Shown here: positions 56,793-64,000 of the stretch, piece by piece | How positions within the stretch are numbered: position 1 is the stretch's first letter | How the letters are laid out: every line of letters begins with the position of its first letter | NCBI GenBank assembly: GCA_965277805.1 | Contig: OZ255842.1 | Location: 576,001 to 640,000 of the forward strand | Reading direction: 5' to 3' | Length of the DNA stretch: 64,000 nucleotides | Source: Candidatus Lustribacter sp. | Lineage (GTDB): Bacteria > Vulcanimicrobiota > Vulcanimicrobiia > Vulcanimicrobiales > Vulcanimicrobiaceae | Made by a program: the position numbers and the translations under genes | Notes under the pieces: model-generated | The model's database searches: none | Seen by the model: only the letters and a program-made list of their open reading frames with translations | Told to the model about the DNA's origin: nothing

Positions 56793-57556
56793 ACGAAAAC
56801 GATACCGAGGATCCGCGCCCGATCGATCCACGCACGGGCTCACCGCTTCGTGCTCTCACGCAGCCGGGCTACTATCCGGACTTCAGCACGCTTGCGCAGC
56901 AAAAATATTGGGATCCGAAGACGCGTTCGGTCATCCTGGATCGCGTGCATAACGTCCCGGCTTCGCGGTTTTTCGACGCGGGCCAAACGCGATTGCTCGA
57001 GGCGATCTGCGCGCGTCTTGTCCCGCAAGACGACCGCGACGACGCCCATCGCATTCCGATCGTCCCGCAAATCGATCGCCGGCTAGCTGACGGCGACGGC
57101 GATGGGTACCGCTATGAGGACATGCCCCCCGATTCAGAAGCGTATCTCCTCGGTCTTCAAGCAATCGACGAGTCGGCCCAACGCTTGTACGGCCGCGCCT
57201 TCATCCTGGCCGCATTTTCACAACAGGACGACCTCTTGAAGTCGCTGCACGACGGAAAGCCGCTCTTCGATCACCCGGTGTGGCAGCGGCTGCCGGTCAA
57301 ACGGTTCTGGATGCTGCTCCTTTCAGATTGCATCGAAGCGTATTACTCGCATCCATACGCGTGGGACGAGATCGGCTTCGGCGGACCGGCGTACCCGCGC
57401 GCATACATTCGGCTGGAGAACGGCGAGCCCGAGACCTGGGAAGTGGACGAGGTGCGCTACCTTTGGGCGGCGCCGCTTTGGTCGGCATCATCTGACGCGG
57501 TGACGTCCGGCGACGCCGATCATTACGGTGCAGCCGGACAGGGCGGTTCACATTGA
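56789..57556 (+). CDS. Gluconate 2-dehydrogenase subunit 3-like protein, no export signal
   Basis: RLVPQD, DGYRYEDMP.D, YYSHPYAWDEIGFGGPAYPRAY; GTGA overlap with the upstream gene. Confidence 0.85.
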   Translation: MNENDTEDPRPIDPRTGSPLRALTQPGYYPDFSTLAQQKYWDPKTRSVILDRVHNVPASRFFDAGQTRLLEAICARLVPQDDRDDAHRIPIVPQIDRRLADGDGDGYRYEDMPPDSEAYLLGLQAIDESAQRLYGRAFILAAFSQQDDLLKSLHDGKPLFDHPVWQRLPVKRFWMLLLSDCIEAYYSHPYAWDEIGFGGPAYPRAYIRLENGEPETWEVDEVRYLWAAPLWSASSDAVTSGDADHYGAAGQGGSH

Positions 57557-59298
57557 AGGGGCCGCTCGGTGGAGCGTTCGAGGGCGCTGCGGGTAAACCG
57601 CACATGCTCGGATCGCTGCAGAAACTCGACGTACCGATGCGGCATTTTGCGCCTGACGACGAGGTCGACTACGCGATCGTCGGCACCGGAGCCGGAGGCG
57701 GCGTGCTTGCACAACGGCTTGCGCGAGCCGGGTTTCGCGTCGTTGCATTCGACGCTGGTCCGTTATGGGATACCGAACGCGATTGGGTCAGCGATGAAAA
57801 AGGCGCGCATAATTTGTATTGGAACGATCTGCGGGTTACCGGCGGTGACCATCCGCTCGCGTTCGGCGCGAACAATAGCGGCAAAGGCGTCGGGGGCGGC
57901 ACGGTGCACTGGGCCTCGTTCACGCCGCGCTTTCATCCATCGGATTTTCACACCTTTACGCTCGACGGCGTCGGCGCCGATTGGCCGCTGACGTATGACG
58001 ACCTCAAGCCGTACTACGAACTGCTGGAGTTAGAACTTCCGGTTGCCGGGCCGGCGCACTACCCCTGGGGCGATCCGCATGGCTATCCATATGCACCGCA
58101 CCCGATGGGCGGCGTCGGCGACGCGCTTATTCGAGGATGCACGTCGCTCGGCATCGGCGTGTCCGCGGGCGGTCCGGTTGCCATACTTAGCGCATCGCGC
58201 GGCGACCGACCGCACTGTATCTATCGCGGCTTCTGCATCCAAGGCTGTAAGGTTGGGGCGAAGGCGAGCACGTTGATCACTCACGTGCCCGACGCCATCG
58301 CACATGGCGCGGAAATCCGGCCCAACAGCATGGTGTCGCGGGTGCTCATGGGAAAAGAACGGCGCGCGACCGGAGTCGCATACTTCGATGCCGACGGCAA
58401 GGAACACGTGCAGCGCGCCCGGGCCGTTGTCGTCGCGGGATATGCCATCGAAACGCCGCGCTTATTGCTCAACTCGGCGTGCGACGGCTTCGAGAATGGT
58501 CTCGCGAATTCGAGTGACACCGTCGGGCGCTACCTCATGGCCCAGGCCGGAAACGTCATCGCCGGACGTTTCGACGATCCGATACGCATGTACAAAGCCC
58601 CGCCGGCCCACGCCCTCACCGAGGAATTCTACGAGACCGATCCCAACCGCGGCTTCGCGCGCGGCTTCGCAATTCAAACCGTCGGCCCGCTCCCAATTGC
58701 GTTTGCGAAGCAATTGGCAAACGCCAAAGGCGACTGGGGTTGGAGCCTGCGCCGCGACATGATGGATTACAACCACTGGGCGGCATTCGGCTTTCTCGGC
58801 GAAATCTTGCCGCATGCGGAGAACCGCGTGCAGCTTGCGGACGACCGTGACCGTTTCGGGATCCCGGTCGCCAAAGTAACGTTCAGCTTGCACGACAACG
58901 ACACGAAGCTGATCGAATTCGGCAAGCGCAAGACGATGGAGATCATGTCGGCAGCCGGTGCTCGCGAGGTCGTACAGGAGGCGCGCTACGCGCACCTGGT
59001 CGGCGCTGCGCGGATGGGAACCGATCCCGCAACGTCCGTCGTCGACGGGTTGGGCCGCACCCATGACGTCGCGAATCTGTTCATCTGCGACGGTAGCATC
59101 TTGCCGACGCAAGGCTCGGCGAATCCAGGGTTGACGATCATGGCGCTTGCGGCCCGTATCGCCGACCACTTGATTTGTGCCGGCGACGACGTGTTTCGCA
59201 CAAAGCGTCTTCCGATGAAAGCAACGCCGATTCGCCACGATCTTTCGCCGCCGGATACCTGGGGCCACGGCATGACTCGGATTCCGAAGCAACGCTAA
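57553..59298 (+). CDS. GMC oxidoreductase flavoprotein
   Basis: GTGAGGG, GVGGGTVHW, Cys cluster CIYRGFCIQGC, AHLVGAARMG, SANPGLT. Confidence 0.92.
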   Translation: MKGPLGGAFEGAAGKPHMLGSLQKLDVPMRHFAPDDEVDYAIVGTGAGGGVLAQRLARAGFRVVAFDAGPLWDTERDWVSDEKGAHNLYWNDLRVTGGDHPLAFGANNSGKGVGGGTVHWASFTPRFHPSDFHTFTLDGVGADWPLTYDDLKPYYELLELELPVAGPAHYPWGDPHGYPYAPHPMGGVGDALIRGCTSLGIGVSAGGPVAILSASRGDRPHCIYRGFCIQGCKVGAKASTLITHVPDAIAHGAEIRPNSMVSRVLMGKERRATGVAYFDADGKEHVQRARAVVVAGYAIETPRLLLNSACDGFENGLANSSDTVGRYLMAQAGNVIAGRFDDPIRMYKAPPAHALTEEFYETDPNRGFARGFAIQTVGPLPIAFAKQLANAKGDWGWSLRRDMMDYNHWAAFGFLGEILPHAENRVQLADDRDRFGIPVAKVTFSLHDNDTKLIEFGKRKTMEIMSAAGAREVVQEARYAHLVGAARMGTDPATSVVDGLGRTHDVANLFICDGSILPTQGSANPGLTIMALAARIADHLICAGDDVFRTKRLPMKATPIRHDLSPPDTWGHGMTRIPKQR

Positions 59299-59357
59299 GC
59301 GAGGCGAGCCCGGCGACGACGGGCGAACTGCGCGAGCGAGCTCACGGCGACGCCGCC

Positions 59358-60251
59358 GTGTCCGTGAACTACGTCGTGCTCGTCATTGCGTCTTGCGTCA
59401 TCGCAACGCTCGGGCTTCTCGAGAACAGCGTCGCCGTGATCATCGGGGCAATGATCATCGCCCCGCTGATCGGTCCCATCCAGTCATTTGCGTTCGCCGG
59501 TGTCGACGGCGACGCGATTCTGTTGCGCAAATCGCTCACTGCCGCCGCGATCGGTGCGGTCATGTCGATCGCGATCTCATGGCTCATTGCGGCGCTCGTG
59601 GCGCTCCCGGCCTACGGTTCGGAAGTCGCAGCACGCACGCGGCCGAACGTCCTCGATTTGGTGATCGCGCTAGCCGCCGGCGGCGTCGCCGGGTACGCAC
59701 GCATTCGTCCATCGATTGCGAGTACGGTGGCGGGGACGGCAATCGCCGTTGCGTTGATGCCGCCCTTGTGCGTCGTTGGGCTCTTACTGGGTGCGCGAGC
59801 GTGGCAAGAGGCGATCGGCGCCGCGCTGCTTTTCGGCACGAACTTTCTCGGGATCGGGCTCGCGTGTATGATCGTGTACGCCGTCGCGGGTCGATTCGAA
59901 CGTCACAGCCGCTCGACGCTGATCGTGACGGCGGTCGTGGGGATCGCGATGACGTTTCCGCTTGCGGCAAGCTTCCTCGAGATCGCGCGCGAGTCACGAA
60001 TTGAAGCGGAGATCCGCAACGAACTCGTTTCCGACACCGTAACGTTTCAGCGAACGCGGCTCATCGGCGCGACATTCGATTGGTATGCGAACCCGCTTCA
60101 AGCCCGGTTGGACGTCAGTTCCGGAAGCGCGATTTCCGCGTCCCAGGTGCGCGATTTGGAGGCGTTCTTAGGCCGCCGCATCGGCCGGCCGGTCAAACTC
60201 GTACTCGAAGTGAGCCGCTACGATGTCGTGACCGACAGCGGGCATGAATGA
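59358..60251 (+). CDS. DUF389-family membrane protein (start uncertain)
   Basis: IATLGLLENSVAVIIGAMIIAPL, ARTRPN..DL.IALAAG, GTAIAVALMPPL. Confidence 0.85.
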   Translation: MSVNYVVLVIASCVIATLGLLENSVAVIIGAMIIAPLIGPIQSFAFAGVDGDAILLRKSLTAAAIGAVMSIAISWLIAALVALPAYGSEVAARTRPNVLDLVIALAAGGVAGYARIRPSIASTVAGTAIAVALMPPLCVVGLLLGARAWQEAIGAALLFGTNFLGIGLACMIVYAVAGRFERHSRSTLIVTAVVGIAMTFPLAASFLEIARESRIEAEIRNELVSDTVTFQRTRLIGATFDWYANPLQARLDVSSGSAISASQVRDLEAFLGRRIGRPVKLVLEVSRYDVVTDSGHE

Positions 60252-60278
60252 CCAATGAGCCGGCGACGCTATGGCTTT

Positions 60279-60689
60279 CTATTCCGTCGCAAGTGCCTGC
60301 GCTGCGGGTGCGGGTCGGCGCACCAGCAAGTTGAGTCCGGCCAGCACGACGGCGCCAGCGAGGGCAGCCCAGGTAACAGCCGGCGTGACGTAGGCCGACA
60401 AGCCCAGCGCGCGGTCGAGCGAGATGGCGCCCAGGTCGAATGCCGGGGCCAGCGCGGCGGCGACGTAGAGCGTGTTCAGCTCGTAGCCGCCGTTCGCCGC
60501 GGCGAAGCCCTTGCTGAAGTGGACCGAGACGATCGCCACGACCATGATCATGACGATGAGGGCCGGTCCGATCGGACCGCCGAGGCCCAGGACGGTGAGG
60601 AGACCGCCGCCGAGTTCGGCGCCGGCGGCGCCCAGGACGAAGAGTTTGCCCGGCCTCCAGCCGAGCTGCTCGAAGAAGCCGGACGTGCC
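60279..60689 (-). pseudogene. 5'-truncated DoxX family gene
   Basis: The frame begins abruptly at GTSGFFEQLGWRPG right after TGA TAA; AELGGG, VHFSKGF..NGGYE are present but the first TM and its HG.QK motif are missing. Confidence 0.75.
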
Positions 60690-60694
60690 TTATC

Positions 60695-61071
60695 ATGGCA
60701 TCTGAACCTACGTCAAGTAGCCTGGCTACGGATGATAGCCGGATCGATGTGGCCTTCTGCCCGCGCTTCCATAAAGCCATCGAACTGATCGGCAAGCGCT
60801 GGACCGGCGCCGTCATCCGCGTGCTGCTCGCCGGCCCCCCCGCTTCAACGAGCTGCTGGCGTCCGTGCCCGGTATGTCCGACCGGCTATTGACCGAGCGT
60901 CTGCGCGAACTCGAAGCGGAGCAGCTGATCCGCCGCGACGTCCAGCCCGGCTCGCCGGTGCGCGTCGTCTATTCGCTTACGTGCGCAGGCGCCGAGCTGC
61001 AGGTTGCTCTCGACGCGGTCGGTCACTGGGCCGAGCGCTGGATCGATCCGCCGGCCGCACCCGACGTATAG
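60695..61071 (+). pseudogene. Frameshifted HxlR-family regulator
   Basis: CPRFHKAIELIGKRWTG in one frame and RFNELL..VPGMSDRLLTERLRELE...VVYSLT in another; the shift is at a C7 run (60835-60841). Confidence 0.8.
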
Positions 61072-61105
61072 GCATTACCGGCCGCCTTCTCATATTCTCT
61101 CCGGC

Positions 61106-62188
61106 ATGACGAAAATTCGCGAGTTCATGACGGGCTGGGAAGGTGACACCCAGATTCAGATGACCGGTTGGACCGAGCGCACGAAAGAAGGCCTGCGCGG
61201 CACCGCCAAAGGCAAGCGCAAACCGCCCAACCTGCGCCCGTTCGATCTCATTCGCGCGCCGCATCAGCCGGTGCCGCTGCTCGCGAACGAAGACATGCGC
61301 GTCAGCGTCGATTCCGCCGCCGGTCCCGCGCTCTTCTTTCACCGCAACATCAACTTCGACGAGACGATCTTTCAGTTCGCCGGAACGAGCCGCGTCGAAA
61401 CCGAGATGGGCGTCGAGACGCTCGCACCGGGCGAGATGCTGCTGATCCCGCGCGGGATCGCGCATCGCAGCATCGGCGACAAAGATTCGCTGCGCCAGAT
61501 CGTGCACGTTCGCGACGCAATCACGGCCGTGATGGGCGAAGAGCTCTGCACGAGCCGCACGCAGTTCGAGCTCACGCGCATCGGCGGTCCGGATTACTCC
61601 GCCGCCGCGGCCGTTCCGGCACCGAGCGGCACCGTAATCGAGAAGATGTTTATCTGGGATGACGATCCGGCCGATGCGACCGAGGTCGAGCGGCAGGCGA
61701 GCGAGATGGTCGGCGTCGGCAGCACCGAGCGCGACAAGAAGATCAGCGCCGTGCGCCGGCTGCGGCCCTTCGATCTGTTCGAAGACGTCACCGGACGCAA
61801 AGGGCCCGGGCCGAAGTTCATGTCGTCGAACAACGCAATGTTTGAAGTGTATAACACGGTCGGCGAGCAGTTCGCGTTTCACCGCGCGCTCGAGAGCGAA
61901 GAGTTCGGCCTACAGTTCATGGGCGATAACACCAACATGTCCGAGTTCGAAGAGTCGTTCCCGATGACGCCGGGCGCGTGGTTCCTCATTCCGCTTGGCA
62001 TCGCGCATTCGGTCAAAGATTGCAAGCCTGATTTCCGGCGCATGGTGATCTACTCGCGCTTTCCGTTCAAGGTGCTGGCGGATGAATCGATGCACTTGAT
62101 CGAGAGCCGCTTCGACGTGCGCGAAACGGTGCTGGAAGAAGCGCCGTGGCATGCGGCCTCGCGCGAGCTCGCCGGCGCGACCGCGTGA
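61106..62188 (+). CDS. Bicupin, homogentisate dioxygenase-like double-stranded beta-helix protein
   Basis: Two repeats: RPFDL..FHRN..DE..FQ..IPRGIAH and RPFDL..FHRA..EE..LQ..IPLGIAH. Confidence 0.7.
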   Translation: MTKIREFMTGWEGDTQIQMTGWTERTKEGLRGTAKGKRKPPNLRPFDLIRAPHQPVPLLANEDMRVSVDSAAGPALFFHRNINFDETIFQFAGTSRVETEMGVETLAPGEMLLIPRGIAHRSIGDKDSLRQIVHVRDAITAVMGEELCTSRTQFELTRIGGPDYSAAAAVPAPSGTVIEKMFIWDDDPADATEVERQASEMVGVGSTERDKKISAVRRLRPFDLFEDVTGRKGPGPKFMSSNNAMFEVYNTVGEQFAFHRALESEEFGLQFMGDNTNMSEFEESFPMTPGAWFLIPLGIAHSVKDCKPDFRRMVIYSRFPFKVLADESMHLIESRFDVRETVLEEAPWHAASRELAGATA

Positions 62189-63360
62189 ACGTCGTCCGGC
62201 AACTTCTGGCGGCAGCGACCGCCGCGGCGATCGCGTTGACGACGGCATCGGCCGCGCCCGATCCGTTCGTGATTCCGGTCATCCTCAACGGCACCGGAGC
62301 GAACGGCTACGCCGGGCAAACCGAAACGGCGGCGCTGCACGTCTTCGAAGATTATTATAACAAGCACGGCGGTATCAACGGACGGCCGATCCATTTCACG
62401 ATCTACGACGATCAGACCGAACCGCGCGTCGCGGTTCAACTCGCCAATCAGGTGCTCGCGGCGAATCCGAAGCCGCTTGTCGTGCTCGGTTCGGGACAGG
62501 TTGCGACGTGCGCGGCGATGGCGCCGCTGTTCGAAAACGGTCCGGTGAACTATTGCTTCACGCCCGGCTTTTCACCGAAGCCCGGCGGCTACGTTTTCTC
62601 CGCCTCGGCGTCACTCGAGAAGATACTACCGGCGCAAGTGCGCTTCGCTCGCGGCCGCAATTGGAAGCGCATCGCCAACGTTTCGGTCACGACGGCGACT
62701 GGTCAATCGGCCGACTTCTATCTCAAGTACGCGATGGGATTGCGCGAGAACCGCGGCATGGAACTCGTCTTCAACGAGGCGTTCAATCCGGCCGACATCA
62801 GCGTCAGCGCGCTCGTTTCGCGCCTGAAGACCACCAACGCCCAAGCGATCATCACGCCGGCGTCGGGCGCCGCTTTCGGCACGCTCTTGCGCGCGCTCAA
62901 CGATGCCGGGGTTCATTTACCCGTGTTGACGTCGGCGGCGAACGAGCAACCCGATCTCTTGAAACAGTACACCGGCTTCTTGCCCACCGAGACGTACTTC
63001 AACGGTATGTTGTATTACGCGCGCGACGCGATCGGCAATGGGCCGCTGCGCGACCAGATCGACACGTTCTACTCGGCCTTCAAGGCCTCAGGCGCGCCGT
63101 ACACGCCCGACAGCGGTCAGGCGTGGGATCCGGCGCTGATCGTGCTCTCCGGTTTGCGCAAGCTCGGCCCCAAGGCCACGGCAGCCCAACTGCGCGATTA
63201 CATCGCCGGCCTGCACGGCTTCGCAGGCTCGAGCGGGTTCTACGATTTCCGCAGCAACGACCAGCATGGCCTCGATTCGGACGCCGTGATCTTCGTGCGC
63301 TGGGATCCGAAGAAGGGCGACTTCTTCAACGCCTCGCGCCGCGGCGGCGCCCCGCTTTGA
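62185..63360 (+). CDS. Branched-chain amino acid type ABC solute-binding protein
   Basis: Signal peptide, NKHGGINGRPI, DDQT, AWDPA...LRKLGP; paralog of 39898-41076. Confidence 0.88.
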   Translation: MNVVRQLLAAATAAAIALTTASAAPDPFVIPVILNGTGANGYAGQTETAALHVFEDYYNKHGGINGRPIHFTIYDDQTEPRVAVQLANQVLAANPKPLVVLGSGQVATCAAMAPLFENGPVNYCFTPGFSPKPGGYVFSASASLEKILPAQVRFARGRNWKRIANVSVTTATGQSADFYLKYAMGLRENRGMELVFNEAFNPADISVSALVSRLKTTNAQAIITPASGAAFGTLLRALNDAGVHLPVLTSAANEQPDLLKQYTGFLPTETYFNGMLYYARDAIGNGPLRDQIDTFYSAFKASGAPYTPDSGQAWDPALIVLSGLRKLGPKATAAQLRDYIAGLHGFAGSSGFYDFRSNDQHGLDSDAVIFVRWDPKKGDFFNASRRGGAPL

Positions 63361-63376
63361 TGAAGGTCCGCTGCAC

Positions 63377-64000
63377 GTGAGCGGCTTGGAGAGCTGGAAG
63401 CTTCCGGGCAACGTGGTTCCGCCGGTTACGCCGTTCGATGCGGACGGCAACGTCGACTACGCGCGTTTGCAGCGCGAGATCGACTGGGTGGTCGCATCGT
63501 CACGTCCGGCCGCGATCTGCGTGGCCGGTGTCGAGGCGCAAGAGTATCAGTATCTTTCCGACACGGCGCGGCGCGAATTGATTCGGGAAACGATCGCTGC
63601 GATCGGCGGCCGGGTGCCGGCACTGGTCGGCATCTCGCACGCATCGTACCGGCGCTCGATCGACTTGGCGTCCCTCGCGCACCAGTTGGGCGCGTCGGCC
63701 GTGCAAGTGCTGCTGCCGAACCGTCCGTCGGGCGGCGCAGCGACCACCGGCGAGATCGTCAAGTACTACGAAGCGATCGTGCATGAGAGCGCGTTGCCGG
63801 TCGTCGCCTACCATAACCAAGGTCCGGGCGCCGATCTCGGCGTGCCCGCGTTGATGGAAGTGCTCTCGATCCCCGGCGTCGTGGGGTTGAAGGAGAGCTC
63901 GCGCAATCAGCGTTTCCTCGCGAACTTGCTGCGCGAAGCGCAAACGCGCAAGCTCGGACGGATCTTCACCACGCTCGAAGTGCTGCTCGGGACGCTGATC
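63377..64000 (+). CDS. Dihydrodipicolinate synthase / N-acetylneuraminate lyase family aldolase (3' partial)
   Basis: Not in the ORF track because it runs off the window. VTPFDADGNVDY, GRVPALVG, LPVVAYHN, Schiff-base Lys in GLKESS. Confidence 0.88.
   Translation, partial: MSGLESWKLPGNVVPPVTPFDADGNVDYARLQREIDWVVASSRPAAICVAGVEAQEYQYLSDTARRELIRETIAAIGGRVPALVGISHASYRRSIDLASLAHQLGASAVQVLLPNRPSGGAATTGEIVKYYEAIVHESALPVVAYHNQGPGADLGVPALMEVLSIPGVVGLKESSRNQRFLANLLREAQTRKLGRIFTTLEVLLGTLI

Noticed and set aside
1-64000. CRISPR arrays, tRNA/rRNA genes, known riboswitches, toxin-antitoxin or restriction systems
   Set aside because: None recognised by eye; a covariance-model search was not possible, so small RNAs cannot be fully excluded.

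Overview
GC-rich bacterial window of about 57 genes, with no rRNA, tRNA, CRISPR array, transposase, integrase or phage genes visible. SLH-anchored beta-barrel porins plus many stand-alone solute-binding proteins suggest a diderm Terrabacteria lineage such as Vulcanimicrobiota/Eremiobacterota (inference only). Layout: (1) 0-7.8 kb: STAND-type ATPase, hydrolase, small AraC regulator, decayed SDR, carboxylate MFS transporter, ArsR-SRPBCC regulator, Fpg/Nei glycosylase. (2) 7.8-22.1 kb: aromatic/heterocycle catabolic block (two luciferase-like monooxygenases, two Rieske oxygenases, FAD monooxygenase, bicupin, ornithine cyclodeaminase family, several binding proteins), with no permease, ferredoxin or reductase. 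(3) 22.3-29.2 kb: a duplicated Cys-rich SLH-porin transcription unit flanking an OmpR-type two-component system; only the second copy has a Pho-box-like direct repeat. (4) 29.2-37.9 kb: a DUF2249-Crp/Fnr regulator and three divergent gene pairs (ClC, two SCO proteins, desaturase, 843-aa secreted protein, DUF4142-like protein) that all share one FNR-like palindrome, a candidate local regulon. (5) 37.9-48.3 kb: binding proteins, amidohydrolase, gluconate 2-dehydrogenase-like pair, pirin, cNMP-TrxB fusion, cyclase, MarR. (6) 48.3-60.3 kb: a divergent sugar-oxidation cluster behind back-to-back SigB/SigF-like promoters, including a GMC flavoprotein, its small subunit and an internally duplicated His-bearing membrane protein that may be an undescribed electron-accepting anchor. 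(7) 60.3-64 kb: decayed DoxX/HxlR pair and a bicupin/binding protein/DHDPS-family operon. All family calls come from recognising motifs by eye; no database search was run.
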